A stretch of DNA of 64,000 nucleotides from an uncultured Arcobacter sp. (GTDB taxonomy: Bacteria > Campylobacterota > Campylobacteria > Campylobacterales > Arcobacteraceae): positions 1,568,001 through 1,632,000 of the forward strand of contig OZ223300.1 of NCBI GenBank assembly GCA_965140705.1, written 5' to 3'. The translations under genes and the position numbers were made by a program. Under the pieces are notes generated by a model, which saw only the letters and a program-made list of their open reading frames with translations, did no database searches and was not told the origin of the DNA. This document shows, one piece after another, positions 10,445 through 19,190 of the stretch (its first letter is position 1; the number at the start of each line of letters is the position of its first letter).

Positions 10445-11086
10445 TTATGGTGCTAATCTATTTATCTCCCAATCATCCTTCTCATTTAAACTATACTCAA
10501 ATCTATCATGTAACCTATCTTTCCCACCTTGCCAAAATTCAACAACTTCTGGTTTTATTACATATCCACCCCAAAAAGAAGGAAAAGGTATTTCACCTTT
10601 TACAAACTTACTTTTTATCTCATCAAATTTAGCTTCAAGGAGACTTCTTGAACTAATAATTTCACTTTGATGGGAAACCCAAGCTCCTATTTGACTACCT
10701 TTTGGACGAGAAAGGAAATACTTCAAAGAATCAGTTTTGCTAATCTTCTTAATAGTTCCTTCAATTTTAACTTGTCTTTCCAATCCTAACCAAGCAAAAT
10801 GAATTGCAGCATAAGGATTTTCTTCTATTTGCCAAGCCTTTTTACTTTTGTAATTTGAAAAAAACACAAAACCATTTTCATCATACAGTTTTAATAAAAC
10901 TGTCCTAATAGATGGTTTCATATCCTTTCCAACTGTTGCTAAACTCATAGCATTTGGTTCTAAAATATTCGCACTTAGTGCTTGTTCAAACCAAACTTCA
11001 AACTGTTTGATAGGAGAGTCTACTAAATCATCTCTTCTCAAACCTTTTGTTGTGTACTCTTGTCTTAATCTAGAAAGGTCTTTCAT
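10445..11086 (-). CDS. pdxH: Pyridoxine/pyridoxamine 5'-phosphate oxidase
   Basis: EPNAMSLAT, RTVLLK, YFLSRP and EFWQGGKDRLHDR motifs. Confidence 0.95.
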   Translation of the reverse strand: MKDLSRLRQEYTTKGLRRDDLVDSPIKQFEVWFEQALSANILEPNAMSLATVGKDMKPSIRTVLLKLYDENGFVFFSNYKSKKAWQIEENPYAAIHFAWLGLERQVKIEGTIKKISKTDSLKYFLSRPKGSQIGAWVSHQSEIISSRSLLEAKFDEIKSKFVKGEIPFPSFWGGYVIKPEVVEFWQGGKDRLHDRFEYSLNEKDDWEINRLAP

Positions 11087-11095
11087 TATAATTCT

Positions 11096-11629
11096 TTACT
11101 GTTTTATGATTGTAATAACTAACTCTCCAACCGTAAAACCAAACTTTTTCATTTTTGAATGATTTATTATTATACCATCTTCTTGTAAATGTAGCCAATC
11201 TTTTACATTTAAATCAATAGTTCCACTTCCATAAGGAACTCTCATAGTGTAATCCATCATAACAGTATTTCCTAAACTTCTTAAAATAGCATCACCAACT
11301 ATATCAGAGGCAGTTCCTATGTAAGTACCATCTTCTTGGGGAGTTAATGTCCAAACTCTTGTTTGTTTTGTGCCATCACTATAAACAAACTTTTCATCCA
11401 ATGTTCCAACTCCATTTTTATCCCAAGAGCCATGCATATCAGCTTTAAAGCTTTTTATGATTTTTCCACCCATATCTTTTACTATTCCATAAGCTTTTAA
11501 ATCTCCATTAAAATAATCTTTTGGAATAAATACTGGTTTTGTATCTTTAAAGTCACTCATTTTCATAGAAGTACATCCTGTAATTAAAGTTGTTAAAATG
11601 ATAAGCAAAGTATATTTTATTATTTTCAT
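11096..11629 (-). CDS. DUF3833 family lipoprotein
   Basis: Lipobox LITGC; YFNG, LDEKFVYSDG, KFGF motifs; cluster context. Confidence 0.8.
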   Translation of the reverse strand: MKIIKYTLLIILTTLITGCTSMKMSDFKDTKPVFIPKDYFNGDLKAYGIVKDMGGKIIKSFKADMHGSWDKNGVGTLDEKFVYSDGTKQTRVWTLTPQEDGTYIGTASDIVGDAILRSLGNTVMMDYTMRVPYGSGTIDLNVKDWLHLQEDGIIINHSKMKKFGFTVGELVITIIKQ

Positions 11630-12852
11630 GCTATTAATCCTTTATTTAAATTTATATTTTGATCCCTTGTCAATGTAACTTGTACTAAATTTACATTTCT
11701 AGTTATAAATGCAGCTTCGCAATAATTAAGATACATTTCCCACATTCTTAAAAAATACTCATCAAAACCTAGTTTTTTTATCTCTTCTTTTTTATTTAAG
11801 AAATTTTGGTACCAGATATTTAATGTTTTGGCATAATCTTCCGTAAACTCTTCCATATGAAGTAAGTTTAGATTTGTGTATTTTGTAGTTGTCTCTAATA
11901 TCTTAGAAACACTTGGTAAATGACCACCTGGGAAGATGTATTTTTGTATAAAATCTGTACTATTACTATAGTGTTTATATCTTTGGTCTGGCATGGTAAT
12001 TATTTGTAACACTACCACTCCAGAAGGTTTTAATAAAGCTTCACACTTTTTAAAGAAAATATCAAAGTACTCTTTTCCTACTGCTTCAAACATCTCTACT
12101 GCAATAATTGCATCAAATTTACCTTCTAAATCCCTATAATCTTTTAATAAAATATCTATACTTTCTTCTACTTTGTGCTCTTTAAACTTCTCTTCACAAA
12201 GTCTTTTTTGCTCAGTACTTAAAGTTACTGTTGTAACTTTGCATTGCTTTTCTTTTGCCAAATGCAAAGCCATAGAACCCCATCCAGAACCAATTTCTAA
12301 GACATTATCACCTTTTTTAATATTTAGTTTGTTTGCAAGGTGTTCTATTTTTCTTTTTTGAGCTGTATATAAATCTTCATCTTTATCTTTAAATATTGCA
12401 GACGAATACATCATTGTATCATCCAAAAAAAGTTTATAAAAATCATTTGATAAATCATAATGTTCTGAGATATTTTTTCTTGAATTCTTTTTTGAATTCT
12501 TTCTTAAAAGATGTTTTACTTTATTAAAATGAGGAAGAAGATTTATAAGAAAATTCTTTGCATTATCTTCACTTTTTATTCCTATATATTTTGAGTTTAG
12601 TAAAGCTAGTTTTATGAGATTTGTTAAATTGTTTACAGAAAATTCTTTATTCATATAACTCTCTGCAAAGCCTATATCACCATAGAAAAGAAGATTTTTA
12701 AAGAAGCTATAATCATGTATTTCTAAAGAAATCTCTTCATCTAGTTTGTTTCCATAATATTTTATTTGATGATTTGGGTAGGTTACTTTTAAATTACCAA
12801 TTTGAATTTTTGATAATAAATTTTCACCAAATTTATGCCATAATTTTTTCAC
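11626..12852 (-). CDS. cfa: Cyclopropane-fatty-acyl-phospholipid synthase family SAM methyltransferase (UfaM-like)
   Basis: HYDLSNDFY, LEIGSGWG, EMFEAVG, FIQKYIFPGG; start re-called at GTG 12852, which follows AGGAG and overlaps the upstream TAG. Confidence 0.9.
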   Translation of the reverse strand: MKKLWHKFGENLLSKIQIGNLKVTYPNHQIKYYGNKLDEEISLEIHDYSFFKNLLFYGDIGFAESYMNKEFSVNNLTNLIKLALLNSKYIGIKSEDNAKNFLINLLPHFNKVKHLLRKNSKKNSRKNISEHYDLSNDFYKLFLDDTMMYSSAIFKDKDEDLYTAQKRKIEHLANKLNIKKGDNVLEIGSGWGSMALHLAKEKQCKVTTVTLSTEQKRLCEEKFKEHKVEESIDILLKDYRDLEGKFDAIIAVEMFEAVGKEYFDIFFKKCEALLKPSGVVVLQIITMPDQRYKHYSNSTDFIQKYIFPGGHLPSVSKILETTTKYTNLNLLHMEEFTEDYAKTLNIWYQNFLNKKEEIKKLGFDEYFLRMWEMYLNYCEAAFITRNVNLVQVTLTRDQNINLNKGLIA

Positions 12853-13595
12853 TAGTATCTCCTTATTTGATCTTCTTTTATAGGTTTTCTCCAAACCAAT
12901 CCCAATCTTTTTAATTTCATTGATTGCCATATTGTTCGTGTTACTACAAAAAAAGTTAAAAATGTATGTTTAAAAAATAGCTTTAAAACATTTTTTGATG
13001 AAAACTCCAATGAGTTTCCATTAAAATATGCACAAAGTACTCTATTTTTATTTTCATACAAATCGATTTTTACTAAGATTGACTTCTGTGTATATTTAAA
13101 AGTAAATTCATAATCACCAACTCTACTAAAAAAAGGAGAAACATACATATTTTTTTTTACTATTGCTTTATATTTATTTCCCTTTATCTCTTCTAAATCA
13201 AGATTATAAATAACTCTACCTCCATTGTAATTATGTACTTCTGCTAAAAGTTTATTTGGCTTATTATTTTCATCATTAATGATTAAAAGACTTATTGGAT
13301 TGAAGACAAAATTCATTATTCTAGGAAGTGTTACAAAGTGCATTCTTGAAGATTTTTCTACATTATGAGCTTTTAATAGATATTCCACATTATCTAAAAA
13401 GCTTTTATTTTGTCCAAAATGATCTTTTGATAAAAAAGAGAATAGATTAAATTTATTAGTTGAAAATAGGGTATTTTTTAATGAAGTAATATCATTTAAA
13501 TCAATATCTAACATAAAAAACTTATACTTGAAACTATGTTCAACTGGTAAAAATCTTTTATGATATATTATTCCATCAAAAAATTTATGACTCAT
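12852..13595 (-). CDS. DUF1365 family protein (UfaO-like)
   Basis: HKRFLP..HSF, PRIMNFVFNPIS, AEVHN, YVSPF; start re-called at ATG 13595 (ATGA overlap). Confidence 0.85.
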   Translation of the reverse strand: MSHKFFDGIIYHKRFLPVEHSFKYKFFMLDIDLNDITSLKNTLFSTNKFNLFSFLSKDHFGQNKSFLDNVEYLLKAHNVEKSSRMHFVTLPRIMNFVFNPISLLIINDENNKPNKLLAEVHNYNGGRVIYNLDLEEIKGNKYKAIVKKNMYVSPFFSRVGDYEFTFKYTQKSILVKIDLYENKNRVLCAYFNGNSLEFSSKNVLKLFFKHTFLTFFVVTRTIWQSMKLKRLGLVWRKPIKEDQIRRY

Positions 13596-14827
13596 AATCC
13601 ACATCCTAACTCTTGGGCAATAGTATTAGCACTCCACAAACCATCTTCATGGAAACCATATCTCCAATATGCACCAGCAAAATATGTATTGTTTATTCCA
13701 TTTATTTCATCTCTTCTTTTTTGCATGTTTATTGCATTCATATCAAACTGAGGATGGGCATATTCAATTTTTTCAATAATATTTTCTACATTATCTATCT
13801 CATTTAAAGATACAAAATAGTCTTTTTTACTTTTTAAATTTTGTAATCTATTTATCCAATATGATAAAGTGGCATTTTTACTATTTTCATAACTTTTATA
13901 ATTCCAAGCTGCATAGATTTTTTTATTTGGATATAAAACATTATTATCATTGTGAAGTAGGGCACTATTACTTTTATATTTAAAAGCACCTAAAACCTCT
14001 TCTTCATTAGAAGTTACATCTTTTAATAATTCTAAAGTCTCTGGAGCATGCATAGCAAAAATTACTTTGTCATAGCTTGATTTTGAGTTATTTGCATGAT
14101 GTAAAACCACTTTATTATTCTCTCTAGTAACAGAAATAACATCAGAGTTTAAGATAGTCTTTCCTGAAATTTTATCAATAATTTTATTAACATAATTTAT
14201 ACTTCCATTTGATACAGTTAACCATTGATGGTGACTATTAACTCCCAATAATCCATGATTTTTGAAAAAGTTTATAAATGTATAAGCTGGAAAGTCATGC
14301 ATCTTATCACTAGGTGTTGACCAAATAGCTGCACCCATTGGAATCAAATATCTATTTTTAAATGCTTCTGAGTAGTTTGATATATATTCTCCTAATGATT
14401 TCTTTAATTGGGGTGAATTTATTTCTAAATCAAAATTTGCTCTTTCATTAAAGTTTAATATATCTTTTATCATTTTGTAATGACTTATGGAAAAAAAGTT
14501 TTTCTTTTGGAAAAACATTCCTTTTAGTGATTCTCCATTATAAGCTACATTTGATTTTGTATCCCAAAAACCAAAACTCATATCTGAGTTTTCTATTTTT
14601 ACATCAAGTTTTTCAAATAGTTTTGTCAAAAGAGGATATGTTGCATGATTAAATACCAAAAAGCCAGTATCTACACCAAATTTTTTACCATCTTCTTCTA
14701 CTTGTGTAGTTCTAGCATGTCCACCAAATCGATTATCTTTTTCATATAAATCAACTTCATGTTTACTACTTAGTAAATAAGCGCTTCCAAGACCACTTAT
14801 CCCAGCACCTAATACAGCAATTTTCAT
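13592..14827 (-). CDS. FAD-dependent oxidoreductase of the amine-oxidase/COG2907 type (UfaD-like)
   Basis: GAGISGL Rossmann motif, GGHART, VDTGFLVFN, GAYWRYGFHEDG. Confidence 0.88.
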   Translation of the reverse strand: MKIAVLGAGISGLGSAYLLSSKHEVDLYEKDNRFGGHARTTQVEEDGKKFGVDTGFLVFNHATYPLLTKLFEKLDVKIENSDMSFGFWDTKSNVAYNGESLKGMFFQKKNFFSISHYKMIKDILNFNERANFDLEINSPQLKKSLGEYISNYSEAFKNRYLIPMGAAIWSTPSDKMHDFPAYTFINFFKNHGLLGVNSHHQWLTVSNGSINYVNKIIDKISGKTILNSDVISVTRENNKVVLHHANNSKSSYDKVIFAMHAPETLELLKDVTSNEEEVLGAFKYKSNSALLHNDNNVLYPNKKIYAAWNYKSYENSKNATLSYWINRLQNLKSKKDYFVSLNEIDNVENIIEKIEYAHPQFDMNAINMQKRRDEINGINNTYFAGAYWRYGFHEDGLWSANTIAQELGCGL

Positions 14828-14836
14828 ATTTAATCC

Positions 14837-15334
14837 TTATGAATGATTTGAATAAATAAGTTTTGATATATCCATAAAACTATCTAAGAACTTTAAAATC
14901 TTATTTAACTCATCTTTTTTTATACTTTTACTTTTACTCATAATCCAAATGTTTTCAAAATCACTACTTGCCATTACAGCAGTTTGATAATTGTTTAAAT
15001 AAAGGATTTTATACTCACTTGTAAATATGTAAAAATATGTCATATCTATCTTTGACATTGAACCTTTTTCTTTCGGAACTGCTTTACCTTCATACTGAAT
15101 AATATTATTTTTATCATTTTTATCATAACACCTGTTGAATACTTTAAACTCATTATCTTCAATAAGTTTATATTCAACAGTAGGTGCTAGACAATTTTTC
15201 TCAAAATAGTTATATGTACGTGCAATCTCAAACCAAGTTCCACTAAAAAGTTTAGGGTCAACAAAATTGACACTTTGAGGACTCTTTGCATACAAAGAGA
15301 AGAAAAAAAATAGTGATAAAAATAGTATACGCAT
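14837..15334 (-). CDS. Lipocalin family protein (secreted, no lipobox)
   Basis: Signal peptide followed by FSGTWFEIAR, FEKNC and IWIMS motifs. Confidence 0.8.
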   Translation of the reverse strand: MRILFLSLFFFFSLYAKSPQSVNFVDPKLFSGTWFEIARTYNYFEKNCLAPTVEYKLIEDNEFKVFNRCYDKNDKNNIIQYEGKAVPKEKGSMSKIDMTYFYIFTSEYKILYLNNYQTAVMASSDFENIWIMSKSKSIKKDELNKILKFLDSFMDISKLIYSNHS

Positions 15335-15414
15335 ATTAAATTCCTAAACTTTTATTAATCCAATTATATAAATAGAGTAAATAGTTTAATAGTTAGTTTT
15401 TGTCATTTCATAAA

Positions 15415-16659
15415 TTAATATTGCTGATTATACTTTTTTATAAAAAAAACTGCTAAAAGTTTAAGAAGGATAGGGAGTATAGAATAAAGTACAATTAGAG
15501 TATTTAAAGCCAAGTTTGAGATATTGTTAACATCAAAACCAACAATTTCCAATACAATAAAAGTAATAAATACAGCCAAAGCTAAAGATAATTTTGTAAT
15601 CATATTCCAAAAACCAAACAATACACCTGATATTTGATTTCCTAAGGTTTTTGATTTTTGAGCAATATCAGATTGAATAGAAGCTGGTATTGCCATATCT
15701 GCACTTAGACTTATTCCAGTACAAAAAGATATAATTCCAAATAAAATATAATTTTGTTCCCCTAAAAATGGAACAAAAGAGAAAGATATAACAGCAAAAA
15801 GAATTGAACTTATCCAAACTTTTTGTTTATTGATTTTCTTAGATAAATATATCCAAAAAGGCAAAGCAATTACAGCTGATAAAAAATAGACTAATAAAAG
15901 AGCTCCTGTGTATTCAGGTGTTTTAAGTACTAATTGCACATAAAATAAAAATAAAGTTGCAGGGATAGCATTTGCAAGGTTATTTAATATAAAAGCTATA
16001 AAAATATTATTTGCTTTTGAAAAATCTTTTTTAAACTTTTTTAAACTTTCAATAAAGCTTAAAGTTTCAACCTTAGACTTATCTTCTTTAATAAATAAAA
16101 TAAAAATCAATATAACTATTGGAAAGACTATTAGTGAGATTTTAAAAAGTAGATTTAAGCTCTCTTTTGCATCTTCAGATATACTATAAATATAAGGCAA
16201 AAGAAGTGCTATAACTACACCAACTATTGTTAAAACTTCCCTTGAAAATGAAAGTTCTGTATTATCATGATAATCTTTTCCGAGTTCTGCATTTAAAGCA
16301 AGATACGGAATATTTATAAAACTCCAAGATATATAAGTAAGCGCTGAAAAGATAAATAACCACCAAAATGAGTTTGAATTTGTAGGATGAATAAGAAAAT
16401 AGAAACTAAAAAGTAAAACTATAGTTCCTATACCTATTAAATAACTTTTTTTTATTTTTTTATCACTAATAAGTCCAATAAAAGGGTCACTAATCATATC
16501 AAGTAATCTTGATAAAAAAAGTGCAATACCAACAAGAGCAATATTCAATCCCACTTCATTTACATAATAATTTGGCAAATAAATATATATGGGAAGTCCT
16601 AAAAATGCTACAGGAATAGCAAGTAAGCCATAGGCAACTTTTTTGAATATATCATTCAT
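15415..16659 (-). CDS. MFS transporter (MFS_2/GPH-like)
   Basis: About 12 TM segments; SRLLDMISDPFIGLISD, IPYLALNAEL. Confidence 0.85.
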   Translation of the reverse strand: MNDIFKKVAYGLLAIPVAFLGLPIYIYLPNYYVNEVGLNIALVGIALFLSRLLDMISDPFIGLISDKKIKKSYLIGIGTIVLLFSFYFLIHPTNSNSFWWLFIFSALTYISWSFINIPYLALNAELGKDYHDNTELSFSREVLTIVGVVIALLLPYIYSISEDAKESLNLLFKISLIVFPIVILIFILFIKEDKSKVETLSFIESLKKFKKDFSKANNIFIAFILNNLANAIPATLFLFYVQLVLKTPEYTGALLLVYFLSAVIALPFWIYLSKKINKQKVWISSILFAVISFSFVPFLGEQNYILFGIISFCTGISLSADMAIPASIQSDIAQKSKTLGNQISGVLFGFWNMITKLSLALAVFITFIVLEIVGFDVNNISNLALNTLIVLYSILPILLKLLAVFFIKKYNQQY

Positions 16660-17090
16660 GCTTTTAGCTTATTTTTTATATATTTTATAATATATTTTAT
16701 AATAGGTATTTTTTCATAAATATTTACTCCACTATCCCAATAATCAATATGTGAAATAACTTTTCCTTTAGAAGAAAACTCGACTCTACTTACACCCATA
16801 AATAATTCATACTCTTTACTTGCTTTTGAAGTTTTATATTTAAAAATCCATCTAAGATATGAAATATTATCTTTTGTAATTATTTCAGTGACTTTAAAAC
16901 TTGGTTCTTCTAGGGTTTCATACATATGATTAAAAATCTTTATTAAAGAGCATAAATCATTAATTTTTTGAAAGGGATCCTCAAAATAGATATCCTCACT
17001 AAATATAATTCTATAATCATTTATGTCTAAGTCTCTATTTAAGTTTTCAAAAAATAAAGCGTAGTTTTGAGCATGTTGTTTGAAATTCAT
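16656..17090 (-). CDS. SnoaL-like/NTF2 family protein
   Basis: FEDPF and HIDYWD motifs. Confidence 0.8.
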   Translation of the reverse strand: MNFKQHAQNYALFFENLNRDLDINDYRIIFSEDIYFEDPFQKINDLCSLIKIFNHMYETLEEPSFKVTEIITKDNISYLRWIFKYKTSKASKEYELFMGVSRVEFSSKGKVISHIDYWDSGVNIYEKIPIIKYIIKYIKNKLKA

Positions 17091-17839
17091 TTTAATAACT
17101 TTTTATTTATTCCAAGTGATATTTTATATGGTAACATTGCCATTAATCTTAAAAAAAGTGATATCTTAAAAGGAAATCTTATTTCAAAAGAGTATTTTTT
17201 ATTTATTCCTTCGTAGATATTTTTTGCAGCAACTTCACTAGTAATTAAATCTGGCATTTCAAAATCATTTTTTTGAGTTAACCTAGTCTTTACAAAACCA
17301 TGATTTATGATTTGAATTTCAATATTTTTCACAATAAGTTCTGCTTGGATAGATTGTGCAAAGTTTACAAGAGCAGCCTTACTTGCACTATATCCTCCAC
17401 CATAAGGAAGACCAAAATAACTTGACAAACTTGCATTAAAAACTAATCGTCCAAATCCTTGTTTTTCATAAAATGGTATAAGAGTCGTAGTTACTCTTAA
17501 AGCTCCTAGATAATTGATATTTGTCATATTTTCATAATGTTTAATATTCCAATTTTCCATAGACATAACTTCATAAACAGCTGCATTAAAAATAGTTATA
17601 TCTATAGTATCAAATATACTAAAAACTTTTTTAATTGATGATTCTACACTTTCTATATTAGATACATCAATATCAAGTAGATTTAGTTTATTGGGATATT
17701 GTTTTTGTAAAGATAGTAGTTTTTCTGATGTTTCTATAGTTCTAGAAGAAGCTATTATTTTATAATCTTGCTTTAAATATATATTTAAAAGTTCTAAACC
17801 AATACCACTACTAGAACCTATTATCCAAATATTTTTCAT
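17087..17839 (-). CDS. Short-chain dehydrogenase/reductase
   Basis: GSSSGIG, NAA, YSASK and GFVKT motifs. Confidence 0.9.
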   Translation of the reverse strand: MKNIWIIGSSSGIGLELLNIYLKQDYKIIASSRTIETSEKLLSLQKQYPNKLNLLDIDVSNIESVESSIKKVFSIFDTIDITIFNAAVYEVMSMENWNIKHYENMTNINYLGALRVTTTLIPFYEKQGFGRLVFNASLSSYFGLPYGGGYSASKAALVNFAQSIQAELIVKNIEIQIINHGFVKTRLTQKNDFEMPDLITSEVAAKNIYEGINKKYSFEIRFPFKISLFLRLMAMLPYKISLGINKKLLK

Positions 17840-17882
17840 AGTTAAACCTTTATTTGAGAAGTTTAACTATGTTTTATATTTT

Positions 17883-17905
17883 TTTGTATGCTTTATATGT
17901 TAGTT
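17883..17905 (-). promoter_or_regulatory. Putative regulator site overlapping the -35 of the SDR-cluster promoter
   Basis: 19/23 identical to 7301-7323; TAAACT -10 candidate at 17860-17865. Confidence 0.4.
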
Positions 17906-17911
17906 AATAAA

Positions 17912-19126
17912 TTATTGAAAATCAGAAAGAGGGTAATTTTCAATGACAAAATCGATATCTTTGTCTCCTCTACCACTTAGGTTAACTAATATTGTTTCAT
18001 CCTTACTTAAACTAGGTGCTAATTTCATAGCATATGCAACTGCATGGGCAGATTCTAATGCGGGAATTATTCCCTCTAGTTGAGATAATTTATAAAAAGC
18101 ATTAACTGCTTCTTTATCATCACATAATCCAACTTTTGTTTTTCCACTGTCCATTAGAAATGCATGCTCTGGTCCAACAGAGGGATAATCTATTCCACTT
18201 CCTATAGAATAAACTGGTGCTGGTTCCCCATTTTCATCTTTTAACATAATAGAATTAAATCCATGCATAATTCCTTCACTTCCATATGTTAAACTAGCTG
18301 CATGCTCACCTAATTTTTCACCTCTTCCTAAAGGTTCAATTCCATATAAGTTAACACCTTCATCATCAATAAAGCCAGAGAATATTCCCATAGCATTTGA
18401 ACCACCACCAACACATGCAATTACATAGTTAGGAAGTTTATTTTCATGACCCCAAAATTGTTCTCTAGCTTCAATTCCAATTATGCTTTGGAAATCTCTA
18501 ACCATCATAGGAAAGGGGTGAGGCCCTACAACTGAACCTATACAATAAATAGAGTTTTCTGTATCTGCTAAGTATGCTTCAAAAGCTGAATCAACTGCTT
18601 CTTTCAAAGTCTTTAAACCACGAGTTACTGGTACTACTTTTGCACCAAGTATCTTCATCCTAAGTACATTTGGATGCTCTTTTTTTATATCAACTTCACC
18701 CATATGAATCTCACACTCTAAGCCAAAATATGCAGCTGCAGTTGCAAGGGCAACACCATGTTGTCCAGCTCCTGTTTCTGCTATAACTTTTTTCTTACCC
18801 AAGTGCTTAGCTAATATTACTTCAGCCATACAATGATTTAATTTATGAGCTCCTGTATGGTTTAAGTCTTCTCTTTTTAAATATATTTTTGCACCACCAC
18901 AAAATTCTGTTAAATTTTTAGCATATGAAACAGGAGTAGGTCTTCCTTGATAATGTCTTCTTACATATTTCAACTCATTTATAAACTCTTCTGAGTTTTT
19001 GATTTCATTATATGCTTTAGTAATTTCTTCAAATGGTTTTATTAGTTGCTCTGGAATATAAGAACCACCAAATCTACCGAAATATCCTTTTTCATCAGGA
19101 TATGAACTTAAATATGAATCTTTCAT
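17912..19126 (-). CDS. trpB: Tryptophan synthase beta chain (stand-alone copy)
   Basis: [14 protein letters not shown] (PLP lysine), [26 protein letters not shown]. Confidence 0.95.
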   Translation of the reverse strand: MKDSYLSSYPDEKGYFGRFGGSYIPEQLIKPFEEITKAYNEIKNSEEFINELKYVRRHYQGRPTPVSYAKNLTEFCGGAKIYLKREDLNHTGAHKLNHCMAEVILAKHLGKKKVIAETGAGQHGVALATAAAYFGLECEIHMGEVDIKKEHPNVLRMKILGAKVVPVTRGLKTLKEAVDSAFEAYLADTENSIYCIGSVVGPHPFPMMVRDFQSIIGIEAREQFWGHENKLPNYVIACVGGGSNAMGIFSGFIDDEGVNLYGIEPLGRGEKLGEHAASLTYGSEGIMHGFNSIMLKDENGEPAPVYSIGSGIDYPSVGPEHAFLMDSGKTKVGLCDDKEAVNAFYKLSQLEGIIPALESAHAVAYAMKLAPSLSKDETILVNLSGRGDKDIDFVIENYPLSDFQ

Positions 19127-19190
19127 TTTTACCTCATTTTATTAATTACTGTGTGTATTATAAGTAAATAGGAGTTAAATAAAGATTATA

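Noticed and set aside
12853..12930. Longer N-terminus of cfa in the ORF track
   Set aside because: It overlaps DUF1365 by about 80 nt; GTG 12852 has a good RBS and translational coupling
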